Positions 9,168 to 17,411 of a stretch of DNA of 32,000 bases are shown here, one piece after another (positions within the stretch are counted from its first letter, which is position 1; each line of letters begins with the position of its first letter). Source of the stretch: Vibrio alginolyticus NBRC 15630 = ATCC 17749 (lineage in GTDB: Bacteria > Pseudomonadota > Gammaproteobacteria > Enterobacterales > Vibrionaceae); assembly GCF_000354175.2 (NCBI RefSeq), contig NC_022349.1:2490001-2522000 (forward strand). The letters are read 5' to 3'. The position numbers were made by a program, and so were the translations under genes. Below the pieces are notes generated by a model. It did not search any database. It worked only from the letters and a program-made list of their open reading frames with translations, and had not been told where the DNA came from.

Positions 9168-9749
9168 CTATTTTGCCCCTTTTACGGTCGGCTTAACACT
9201 TGCTCTATGTAAATGCACCGTTATAGGGCTAGTAGATGCAATAAGCTTGCCGCTTCTTTTCGCGTGCACAGCAAGTGTGTGAGTGCCTCGGTCAATATTG
9301 TTTAACTGCCACACTATATGGTTTTGTGGTGCACCATAGGGTTTTCCATCGAGTAACAATTGCAATTGCTCACCGATACCAAGCTTGCGATTGGTTTCTA
9401 ATTGAATATTGATGATGCCTCGATTGTTACGGATGGTCTCGTTGTGCTTGGGGGTCTGCATTGAAAGTTGTAATGGAAGAGGCTTCTCGGTTGTTTTCTC
9501 TGGCTTGTTTTGTGATGCAGTAGATGGCGTAGTCTGAGGTGCGAGCGATTCAGTACTTTCTACCTCAGGAGCTGGTGCGCTGGCTTCAAGGTTTGGCAGT
9601 GCGATCGCTTTTGCTCCTTTGTTTGGCGTATCACTAAAGTGAACCACGCCATTTTCATCTACCCACGTATACGCGACCTGCGCGAAGGCGGTAGAGGCGA
9701 TTAACAATCCGCTGAGTGCACACAGTGATGGAATAAGCTGAACTTTCAT
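9168..9749 (-). CDS. Secreted protein of unknown function (DUF4124-like N-terminus)
   Basis: 193 aa with a signal peptide (LCALSGLLIASTAFA/QV) and the YTWVDENGVVHFSDTP motif typical of DUF4124. A Pro/Ser/Thr/Glu-rich linker is followed by a ~100-aa C-terminal domain. Confidence 0.7.
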   Translation of the reverse strand: MKVQLIPSLCALSGLLIASTAFAQVAYTWVDENGVVHFSDTPNKGAKAIALPNLEASAPAPEVESTESLAPQTTPSTASQNKPEKTTEKPLPLQLSMQTPKHNETIRNNRGIINIQLETNRKLGIGEQLQLLLDGKPYGAPQNHIVWQLNNIDRGTHTLAVHAKRSGKLIASTSPITVHLHRASVKPTVKGAK

Positions 9750-9875
9750 TGCTCACCTTCTCTTGTTCGATGATTTCACGTTTCAATGGCTTAGCTCTTT
9801 GACCTGTAAGGAAAAATTCTAAGCGTATTTTTATTATCCCCTCATGTTAAACGTCGAAGCTTGAGTGGCGAATAC

Positions 9876-9903
9876 AAAAAAGGCCCGCCTGCGAGGCGAG
9901 CCT
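9876..9903 (-). terminator. Rho-independent terminator of glnA
   Basis: The minus strand reads AGGCTCGCCtcgcAGGCGGGCCtttttt (one mismatch in the stem), about 40 nt after the glnA stop. Confidence 0.75.
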
Positions 9904-9944
9904 AATATTTTATTGCTGTGTTTACATTTTACACAGTGTCGACC

Positions 9945-11354
9945 TTACACAGAGTAGTAAAGTTCGAACTCAACAGGGTGAGTTGTCATGTTTACACGCT
10001 CTACGTCCTGAGACTTAAGGTCGATGTATGAATCGATGAAGTCGTCAGAGAATACGCCGCCCGCTGTTAAGAACTCACGATCAGCATCTAGCTCTGCTAG
10101 CGCGTCTTTTAGTGAGTATGCAACAGTTGGGATTTCTGCTGCTTCTTCAGCTGGAAGATCGTAAAGGTCTTTATCCATCGCTTCGCCTGGGTGGATCTTA
10201 TTCTTGATACCGTCAAGACCAGCCATAAGCATTGCTGCGAAACATAGGTATGGGTTCGCCGCTGGGTCACCGAAACGAACTTCGATACGACGTGCTTTCG
10301 GGCTTGGTACCACTGGGATACGGATTGAAGCAGAGCGGTTACGCGCTGAGTAAGCTAGCATTACTGGTGCTTCGAAGCCTGGTACAAGACGTTTGTACGA
10401 GTTTGTTGATGGGTTAGCGAATGCGTTGATTGCACGAGCGTGTTTGATGATACCACCGATGTAGTAAAGCGCCATTTCAGATAGACCGCCGTACTTGTCA
10501 CCAGCAAATAGGTTTACGCCATCTTTTGCTAGAGACTGGTGAACGTGCATACCGCTGCCGTTGTCGCCAACAAGTGGTTTAGGCATAAACGTCGCTGTTT
10601 TACCAAACGCGTGAGCAACGTTGTGTACAACGTACTTGTAGATTTGGATTTCGTCAGCTTTGGTTGTTAGCGTGTTGAAACGAGTTGCGATTTCGTTTTG
10701 ACCCGCCGTTGCCACTTCGTGGTGGTGCGCTTCAACAACAAGACCCATTTCTTCCATTACTAGACACATAGCAGAACGGATGTCTTGAGATGAATCTACT
10801 GGAGCTACTGGGAAGTAACCACCTTTAACGCCTGGACGGTGACCTTTGTTACCTTCTTCGTAGTCAGAACCTGTGTTCCATGCCGCTTCTACGTCGTCGA
10901 TCTTGAAGAAAGAGCCTGACATGTCCGTCGAGAACTTCACGTCATCAAATAGGAAAAATTCTGGCTCAGGACCGATAAGTACAGTATCTGCAACACCTGT
11001 AGAACGCATGAAGTCTTCAGCGCGTTTTGCGATAGAGCGTGGGTCACGGTCATAGCCTTGCATTGTTGCAGGCTCTAAGATGTCACAACGGATATTTAGT
11101 GTTGCGTCTTCCGTGAATGGGTCAAGCACAGCAGAAGATGCGTCAGGCATCATTACCATGTCTGATTCGTTGATACCTTTCCAGCCAGCAACTGATGAAC
11201 CATCGAACATTTTACCTTCTTCGAAGAAGTCTGCGTCGATTTGGTGAGCAGGGATCGAAATGTGCTGCTCTTTACCTTTTGTATCAGTGAAGCGTAGGTC
11301 AACAAACTTAACTTCGTTTTCTTGGATCAGCGATAGAACGTTTTCTACTGACAT
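9945..11354 (-). CDS. glnA: Glutamine synthetase type I
   Basis: 469 aa, highly similar to E. coli GlnA throughout, including the adenylylation loop MDKDLYDLP and the C-terminal [11 protein letters not shown]. Confidence 0.98.
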   Translation of the reverse strand: MSVENVLSLIQENEVKFVDLRFTDTKGKEQHISIPAHQIDADFFEEGKMFDGSSVAGWKGINESDMVMMPDASSAVLDPFTEDATLNIRCDILEPATMQGYDRDPRSIAKRAEDFMRSTGVADTVLIGPEPEFFLFDDVKFSTDMSGSFFKIDDVEAAWNTGSDYEEGNKGHRPGVKGGYFPVAPVDSSQDIRSAMCLVMEEMGLVVEAHHHEVATAGQNEIATRFNTLTTKADEIQIYKYVVHNVAHAFGKTATFMPKPLVGDNGSGMHVHQSLAKDGVNLFAGDKYGGLSEMALYYIGGIIKHARAINAFANPSTNSYKRLVPGFEAPVMLAYSARNRSASIRIPVVPSPKARRIEVRFGDPAANPYLCFAAMLMAGLDGIKNKIHPGEAMDKDLYDLPAEEAAEIPTVAYSLKDALAELDADREFLTAGGVFSDDFIDSYIDLKSQDVERVNMTTHPVEFELYYSV

Positions 11355-11467
11355 CTTGGATAACCTCCAGTGTTAATAAGCGGTAAAAGCTCGATTTATG
11401 AATTATTCATGAAACCTGGCATTGATTAATCAATTTGACTTTTCATTAATCGATGCTGTTTTAACTA

Positions 11468-11485
11468 AAGCCAAAACCGTGCCAA
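11468..11485 (-). promoter_or_regulatory. sigma54 (-24/-12) promoter of glnA (glnAp2-like)
   Basis: The minus strand reads TTGGCACGGTTTTGGCTT, with correct GG-N10-GC spacing. Compare E. coli glnAp2, TTGGCACAGATTTCGCTT. The predicted TSS is near 11458, giving a ~100-nt leader. Confidence 0.75.
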
Positions 11486-11533
11486 AAAAAATATTCCATT
11501 AATTTCAAGCAATTGTGTTTTTGAATGCTAGTT

Positions 11534-11603
11534 TGGTGCACTTGCTTGCACCAAAATGATCTTTGCTTGCACTATTATGGTGCCAAAAATCATTGTTGCA
11601 CCA
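11534..11603. promoter_or_regulatory. NtrC enhancer (cluster of NtrC half-sites) upstream of the glnA sigma54 promoter
   Basis: Half-sites are TGGTGCA (11534-11540), TGCACCA (11547-11553) and TGCACCA (11597-11603). A near-consensus full site, TGCACTATTATGGTGCC, lies at 11568-11584. The cluster is about 75-145 nt upstream of the predicted TSS. Confidence 0.65.
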
Positions 11604-11884
11604 TAATGTGACAGGTACATTGCGTATTCAGCCCAGTTTTTGAGCAAGAGTCAATTTGAATTATGCATCGATTAGAATAAAGTTGCGTTTAATCAATTCG
11701 TTCTGAGGAAGAAAATGGGCATTAAGCGTAAAAATCGCAGAAATGCTCGGGAGTAGATCACATATTTCTAGGCTTTTTGCTAAAATCTGGTACATTATGG
11801 CCGTTTTTTTAATCAGCAAATGTCGCCAGAGAGCACCCGTTCTCAGCGTGGGGGCATTTCATCTATCTAAGTGAATCAATATCC

Positions 11885-13714
11885 ATGGCTACTCCACAGA
11901 TTGATAAATTAAGAAATATCGCGATCATCGCGCACGTTGACCACGGTAAAACCACGTTGGTTGACAAGCTGCTACAACAATCAGGCACGCTTGAGTCTCG
12001 CGGTGAAGCTGAAGAGCGAGTCATGGACTCGAACGACATCGAGAAAGAGCGCGGTATTACCATTCTTGCTAAAAACACAGCAATCGACTGGAACGATTAC
12101 CGTATCAACATCGTAGATACTCCGGGACACGCGGACTTCGGTGGTGAAGTTGAGCGTATCATGTCGATGGTAGACTCTGTACTACTTATCGTTGACGCAG
12201 TCGATGGTCCAATGCCTCAAACGCGTTTCGTAACACAAAAAGCGTTTGCTCACGGTCTAAAACCAATCGTTGTAATCAACAAGATTGACCGCCCTGGTGC
12301 ACGTCCTGATTGGGTTATGGACCAAGTGTTCGACCTGTTCGACAACCTAGGTGCAACTGATGACCAGCTAGACTTTAAAGTAGTTTACGCATCAGCACTT
12401 AACGGCTGGGCTTCTCTAGAAGAAGGCGAAACTGGCGAGAACATGGAACCACTATTCCAAACTATCGTTGATGTTGTTGACGCGCCAAATGTTGACCTTG
12501 ATGGTCCACTACAGATGCAAGTTTCTCAGCTAGACTACAGCTCTTACGTTGGTGTTATCGGCGTGGCTCGCGTAACTCGTGGTAGCGTTAAACCAAACCA
12601 ACAGGTAACCATTATTGGTGCTGACGGTAAAACTCGCAACGGTAAAGTGGGTACAGTAATGGGCTACCTTGGCCTAGAGCGTCACGAAGTGGAACAAGCT
12701 AACGCGGGTGATATCATCGCAATCACTGGTCTTGGCGAGCTGAAAATTTCTGACACTATCTGTGCACAAAACGCAGTAGAAGCATTACCACCATTGTCTG
12801 TTGATGAACCAACAGTAACAATGACGTTCCAAGTAAACACGTCTCCATTCGCGGGTAAAGAAGGTAAGTTCGTAACGTCACGTAACATCCTTGAGCGTCT
12901 TGAGAAGGAATTGGTACACAACGTTGCGCTACGCGTTGAGCAAACAGACGATCCAGATAAATTCCGCGTATCAGGTCGTGGTGAACTTCACCTTTCTATC
13001 CTGATCGAAAACATGCGTCGTGAAGGCTTTGAGCTAGCAGTATCTCGTCCAGAAGTAATCATCAAAGAAGAAGATGGTCAGTTGATGGAACCGTTCGAGA
13101 CTGTAACGATCGACGTAATGGAAGAGCACCAAGGCGGCATCATGGAGAACATCGGCCTACGTAAAGGTGAGCTGAAAGACATGTCTCCAGACGGTAAAGG
13201 TCGTGTGCGTATGGACTTCGTTATGCCATCACGTGGTCTGATCGGTTTCCAAACGGAATTCATGACACTGACTTCAGGTTCAGGTCTTCTTTACCATACG
13301 TTTGATCACTACGGCCCTCACAAAGGCGGTAACATCGGTCAACGTGTAAACGGTGTACTAATCGCGAACGCGATGGGTAAAGCGCTAACTAACGCACTGT
13401 TCAACCTTCAAGAGCGTGGTCGTCTATTTATCGGTCACGGTGTTGAAGTTTACGAAGGTATGGTTATCGGTATTCACAGCCGTGACAACGACCTAACGGT
13501 AAACGCACTGAAAGGTAAGCAGCTAACCAACGTTCGTGCATCTGGTACCGATGACGCACAGGTTCTTACTCCGCCTATCAAGATGACTCTTGAGCAAGCA
13601 CTAGAATTCATCGATGACGACGAGCTAGTAGAAGTAACGCCTGAAAGCATCCGTATCCGTAAGAAGTTCCTAACGGAAAGCGACCGTAAGCGTGCTTCTC
13701 GTGGCGCGAAATAA
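11885..13714 (+). CDS. typA: Translational GTPase TypA/BipA
   Basis: 609 aa with G motifs [17 protein letters not shown] and NKID, and EF-G-like domain order. Divergent from glnA, as in enterics. Confidence 0.97.
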   Translation: MATPQIDKLRNIAIIAHVDHGKTTLVDKLLQQSGTLESRGEAEERVMDSNDIEKERGITILAKNTAIDWNDYRINIVDTPGHADFGGEVERIMSMVDSVLLIVDAVDGPMPQTRFVTQKAFAHGLKPIVVINKIDRPGARPDWVMDQVFDLFDNLGATDDQLDFKVVYASALNGWASLEEGETGENMEPLFQTIVDVVDAPNVDLDGPLQMQVSQLDYSSYVGVIGVARVTRGSVKPNQQVTIIGADGKTRNGKVGTVMGYLGLERHEVEQANAGDIIAITGLGELKISDTICAQNAVEALPPLSVDEPTVTMTFQVNTSPFAGKEGKFVTSRNILERLEKELVHNVALRVEQTDDPDKFRVSGRGELHLSILIENMRREGFELAVSRPEVIIKEEDGQLMEPFETVTIDVMEEHQGGIMENIGLRKGELKDMSPDGKGRVRMDFVMPSRGLIGFQTEFMTLTSGSGLLYHTFDHYGPHKGGNIGQRVNGVLIANAMGKALTNALFNLQERGRLFIGHGVEVYEGMVIGIHSRDNDLTVNALKGKQLTNVRASGTDDAQVLTPPIKMTLEQALEFIDDDELVEVTPESIRIRKKFLTESDRKRASRGAK

Positions 13715-13741
13715 TTTTCGTTAAGCGATTCAATTAAGAAG

Positions 13742-13774
13742 AAGCCTCGAGTTATGCTCGGGGCTTTTTGTTTT
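13742..13774 (+). terminator. Rho-independent terminator of typA
   Basis: AAGCCTCGAGttatgCTCGGGGCTTtttgtttt: a 10-bp stem (one G-U pair) followed by a T-tract. Confidence 0.8.
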
Positions 13775-13786
13775 CTGGAGTTGAAT

Positions 13787-14329
13787 ATGAACCCGATTAT
13801 TATCACCGGTGGGCCTGGTGCGGGAAAAACAACACTGCTGAATGCGCTAGACGCGTGTGGTTATGCCACGTTTCCTGAAGGGTCTCGCGACTTGATTGAG
13901 CAGCAAAGCCAGTTAGAAAATGGTATTTTGCCGTGGACGAATTTACCTGAGTTTGCCAAGTTATGCCTTGGGTTGATGGACAAACAAAAGAGTGATGCGC
14001 GTTGTCATGATGTTGCGTTTGTTGATCGCGCCATCCCCGACATCATTGCATACCTACAAGTGGGCGGCTGTAAGGTTGACCAAGCTTTCTTAACCGAAAG
14101 CGCTGGGTACCATAGTCAGGTGTTTACTTGTCGACCTGAAGCATCCATTTACGTACAAGATGAAGTGCGTCCGCACAGCTTTGAAGAAGCATTGGAGATT
14201 CATCAGTCGTTAGTGAGTGTCTATACTGAGTTGGGTTATGAAGTGATAGAAGTACCATGGGGAACTGTGCCAGAGAGAGTAGGCTTTGTTCGAAGAGTCA
14301 TCGGTTTACTCGGTAAGGTCGCCGACTAA
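13787..14329 (+). CDS. Small P-loop NTPase (AAA_28 / NadR-kinase-like ATPase family)
   Basis: Walker A GGPGAGKTT at residues 8-16 and a hydrophobic-D Walker B candidate (VAFVDRA). I start it at ATG 13787, with GGAG 6 nt upstream. The ORF-track ATG at 13754 lies in the loop of the typA terminator. Confidence 0.75.
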   Translation: MNPIIITGGPGAGKTTLLNALDACGYATFPEGSRDLIEQQSQLENGILPWTNLPEFAKLCLGLMDKQKSDARCHDVAFVDRAIPDIIAYLQVGGCKVDQAFLTESAGYHSQVFTCRPEASIYVQDEVRPHSFEEALEIHQSLVSVYTELGYEVIEVPWGTVPERVGFVRRVIGLLGKVAD

Positions 14330-14330
14330 A

Positions 14331-14351
14331 ACCTCCTCACTAGGAGGAGGT
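14331..14351. terminator. Hairpin between the convergent ATPase gene and the DUF2959-like gene (possible bidirectional terminator)
   Basis: aCCTCCTCactagGAGGAGGt is an 8-bp stem, but the flanking U-tracts are weak. Confidence 0.45.
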
Positions 14352-14360
14352 CTAAATCAT

Positions 14361-15002
14361 TTACTTTTGATTGAGCTTTTGTAGGAATTTATCGGACTCT
14401 GCAATCGCTTCGTTCATTTGTTTGATCGCAAACTGAATGTCTTTCTCTAAGCTAGAGAACTCACCTTGCAAAGAACCAATCGCACTGGCGTTAAGGTTGT
14501 GTTTTAAGTACAACGTGTTGTCACGTAGCGTATCCAGTACCGGTGTCATCTTTTTCTCTGCACGCTTCATAGCGCTAAGCATGGTTTTGTACGAGGCTTT
14601 GGTTTCACGTAGTTTTTGCTCGCTTGAACGACGCAGTTTCGCACTCGAGTACAGCTCTAGCTCATCTTGCCACTCATCAAACAGTGCGCCGGATACGTCT
14701 TCAATCGCAGCAATACGGTCACGTACGTCTTGAGCCGCTTTTTCGCTATCTTCGTATTTGTCATTGATGTTGTTGTAGACATTTTCTAGCTCACCACCAT
14801 CAAAGTTGGTGATCGCAGACAAGGCTTCAAGTGCACTGGTGAATTCTTCTTGTGCATCTTGTTGAGATTCTTTGGCATCTTCGACGCGGTCGACCATAAT
14901 ATCTCGTTTATGATACCCAACCTGCTCCATTGCTGAGTAATAAGCAGATTGACACCCTGTTAAAGTGAAAATTGATAGTACAATTGCTAATAAATAAGGC
15001 AT
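14361..15002 (-). CDS. Coiled-coil lipoprotein of unknown function (DUF2959-like)
   Basis: 213 aa with a lipobox (FTLTG/C) after a short signal peptide. The rest is helical, rich in charged residues. The family name is recalled from Vibrio/Shewanella annotations. Confidence 0.65.
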   Translation of the reverse strand: MPYLLAIVLSIFTLTGCQSAYYSAMEQVGYHKRDIMVDRVEDAKESQQDAQEEFTSALEALSAITNFDGGELENVYNNINDKYEDSEKAAQDVRDRIAAIEDVSGALFDEWQDELELYSSAKLRRSSEQKLRETKASYKTMLSAMKRAEKKMTPVLDTLRDNTLYLKHNLNASAIGSLQGEFSSLEKDIQFAIKQMNEAIAESDKFLQKLNQK

Positions 15003-15036
15003 TCTTATGTCCTCGGCGCTAATTATGGGATGAACT

Positions 15037-15981
15037 ATGAACCAGTTATCAGAGAGTTACAAGGCGAGATTAATCAATCTACTGCCAAGTTGCGTCGCGT
15101 TTTTTAAGTATCTTCTTAAGCGATTAACGCATGACCGTGTGAATGTGAACGCGGGCTATCTTGCCTACATTACCTTGTTATCCATCGTGCCAATGCTGAC
15201 GGTATTGTTATCAATATTGTCGAAATTTCCCGTTTTTGCGAACGTTGGTGAGGTGCTGCAAGGCTACATTATTGAGAATTTTGTGCCAGCTTCTGGAGAA
15301 GCTGTACATACGGCATTACAGGAATTTGTGGCGAATACGGGCAAAATGAGCGCGGTTGGCGGTGGGTTTTTATTCATCGCAGCGGTCATGCTGATTTCCA
15401 ACATTGATAAGAACTTAAACTACATTTGGCGAGTTAAAGACAAGCGCCGTTTAGTCTTTTCATTCTCTATGTATTGGATGGTACTCACGTTAGGGCCGAT
15501 CATGGTCGGTGCGAGTATTGCGGCGACGTCGTACGTGACTTCGCTGCAAATTTTAGAGAATGAGACATTATCTGGTGCGTTTAATCTATTTCTGCGTTGG
15601 CTACCGTTGTTGCTGTCCTTTTTTGCTTTTCTTGGCTTGTATATTCTAGTGCCGAATAAAAAAGTACACCTCGCTCATGGTGCCATGGGGGCAGCAGTCG
15701 CCGCGATACTGTTCGAGTTGAGTAAAAAAGGCTTTGCACTCTACATCACTCAGTTTCCGTCTTATCAGCTCATCTACGGCGCGTTAGCGGCGATTCCTAT
15801 CTTATTTGTTTGGGTGTATTTATGCTGGATGATCGTGTTATTGGGGGCGGAAGTTACGGCTGCGCTTGGTGAGCGAGAGCACTGGAGTGAAGATTTAGAC
15901 ATGATACACTCGACCGCTGAATCTCAGTTAACAGATGAAGGAAGCGAGAGTAGTGATAGCGCTAATTCAACGAGTCAGTGA
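15037..15981 (+). CDS. yihY: YihY/BrkB family inner-membrane protein (formerly called RNase BN)
   Basis: 314 aa, polytopic. Collinear with E. coli YihY ([55 protein letters not shown]), with a Ser/Glu-rich tail. Confidence 0.88.
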   Translation: MNQLSESYKARLINLLPSCVAFFKYLLKRLTHDRVNVNAGYLAYITLLSIVPMLTVLLSILSKFPVFANVGEVLQGYIIENFVPASGEAVHTALQEFVANTGKMSAVGGGFLFIAAVMLISNIDKNLNYIWRVKDKRRLVFSFSMYWMVLTLGPIMVGASIAATSYVTSLQILENETLSGAFNLFLRWLPLLLSFFAFLGLYILVPNKKVHLAHGAMGAAVAAILFELSKKGFALYITQFPSYQLIYGALAAIPILFVWVYLCWMIVLLGAEVTAALGEREHWSEDLDMIHSTAESQLTDEGSESSDSANSTSQ

Positions 15982-16387
15982 AGCAGCCGTCCGTGTGGAT
16001 GGTGAAGTCGTAGGAGAAATTGATCGTGGTCTGCTGGTCTTATTGGGCGTAGAGAAGGGCGACGATGAAGCCAAAGCAAAGCGTTTAATGGAGCGTGTTA
16101 CAACCTACCGTGTGTTCGAAGATGACGAAGGCAAGATGAACCTGAACGTTAAACAGGTGGAAGGTAAAGTGCTGGTGGTTTCTCAATTTACGCTGCCTGC
16201 GGATACAAAAAAAGGCACGCGAGCTGGCTTTTCTCGCGGTGCGCATCCTGTGGATGCAGAGCGCTTGTATGATTACTTTTCTGACTTGTGTGAAGAAGTC
16301 TTACCCACACAGCGTGGCCGCTTCGCTGCCGATATGAAGGTGTCTTTGGTGAATGACGGTCCAGTGACGTTTTGGTTGCAGGTCTAA
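15953..16387 (+). CDS. dtd: D-aminoacyl-tRNA deacylase
   Basis: A GTG start gives (M)[10 protein letters not shown]..., matching the E. coli Dtd N-terminus, and the protein ends [11 protein letters not shown]. The ORF-track start at 15935 adds 6 unmatched residues. Confidence 0.93.
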   Translation: MIALIQRVSEAAVRVDGEVVGEIDRGLLVLLGVEKGDDEAKAKRLMERVTTYRVFEDDEGKMNLNVKQVEGKVLVVSQFTLPADTKKGTRAGFSRGAHPVDAERLYDYFSDLCEEVLPTQRGRFAADMKVSLVNDGPVTFWLQV

Positions 16388-16421
16388 TCTGGTAACACAG
16401 GCGCCATAGTCTAAGCTTTAA

Positions 16422-16456
16422 CTCCAAGCTCATGGAATTGGCTTGGAGTAATTTTT
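16422..16456 (+). terminator. Rho-independent terminator after dtd
   Basis: CTCCAAGCtcatggaattgGCTTGGAGtaattttt: an 8-bp stem and a T-run. Confidence 0.7.
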
Positions 16457-16493
16457 CCGACACTGATTAGTGTTGTGCTTTCAAAGGATTGAT

Positions 16494-17411
16494 ATGTTCA
16501 AACTCATTACTCCCAAAACCGATAATCAGATAAACAAGTATTATCAGTTTCGCTGGCAACTGCTTCGTGAGCCATGGCGTATGCCGATCGGCTCTGAGCG
16601 CGATGAATACGACGAAATGAGCCATCACCGCATGATTGTTGATGGTCGAGGTCGTCCTATGGCGATTGGCCGTTTATACATTACGCCGGACAATGATGGC
16701 CAGATCCGCTATATGGCGGTTAAAAATAATCGCCGTAGCAAAGGGATGGGTTCGCTGGTTTTGGTTGCACTAGAGTCGTTAGCGCGCCAAGAAGGAGCGA
16801 AACGCTTGGTGTGTAATGCCCGTGAAGATGCCATCGCCTTTTATGAAAAAAATGGCTTTGAGCGTCGAGGCGAGCTGACCGATGAGCGTGGCCCTGTGCG
16901 CCATCAGCAAATGGTGAAGCAACTGGATCCGATGGCCAATGTGTTACGTCGCCCTGAATGGTGTACTGAGCTTCAACAGCGCTGGGAGCAACAAATCCCA
17001 ATTAGCGACAAAATGGGGATCAAAATTAACCAGTACACGGGTTACCAGTTTGAATGCTGTGCGCAGCTTAATCCTAACCTTAATCCGCATAACACCATGT
17101 TCGCCGGGTCAGCTTTTACCTTAGCAACCCTGACAGGGTGGGGGATGACGTGGCTGCTGCTTAAAGAGCGTGGGTTGCACGGTGATATTGTGTTGGCCGA
17201 CAGCTCTATTCGTTATCGTCAACCAGTCGAACAAAACCCCGTGGCGAGTACTTCGTTGGATGGGATCAGTGGTGACCTAGACCGATTGGAGTCGGGACGC
17301 AAAGCACGCATCGTTATTCACGTAGTGATTTATAGTGGTGACACGCCAGCTGTTGATTTTGTCGGTACCTATATGCTGATACCGAACTACTCGCAGTTAC
17401 TCAGTTGCTGA
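16494..17411 (+). CDS. yiiD: Bifunctional GNAT acetyltransferase / hotdog-fold (YiiD_C) protein
   Basis: Collinear with E. coli YiiD (also named FabY): YYQFRW, GRLYI, RYMAV, then the C-terminal half NPHNTMFAGS..TLATLTGWG..GDLDRLESGRKAR. ATG 16494 has AAGGA upstream. The yihY-dtd-yiiD order matches E. coli. Confidence 0.85.
   Translation: MFKLITPKTDNQINKYYQFRWQLLREPWRMPIGSERDEYDEMSHHRMIVDGRGRPMAIGRLYITPDNDGQIRYMAVKNNRRSKGMGSLVLVALESLARQEGAKRLVCNAREDAIAFYEKNGFERRGELTDERGPVRHQQMVKQLDPMANVLRRPEWCTELQQRWEQQIPISDKMGIKINQYTGYQFECCAQLNPNLNPHNTMFAGSAFTLATLTGWGMTWLLLKERGLHGDIVLADSSIRYRQPVEQNPVASTSLDGISGDLDRLESGRKARIVIHVVIYSGDTPAVDFVGTYMLIPNYSQLLSC

Noticed and set aside
9876-9944. A possible glnA 3'-UTR-derived sRNA, by analogy to enterobacterial GlnZ.
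   Set aside because: The 3' UTR is only about 70 nt, comprising a small AU-rich hairpin plus the terminator. I cannot identify a seed region or any conservation, so there is no positive evidence from the sequence alone.
11421-11434. The palindrome ATTGATTAATCAAT read as an FNR/CRP-family box.
   Set aside because: The half-sites TTGAT and ATCAA are separated by 2 nt rather than 4 nt, so the site is incompatible with FNR (TTGAT-N4-ATCAA). I kept it only as an unassigned motif in the findings.
13754-13786. The ATG at 13754 as the start of the ATPase gene.
   Set aside because: That ATG lies in the loop of the typA terminator hairpin. The added MLGAFCFLELN would be translated from terminator sequence, and ATG 13787 has a GGAG SD.
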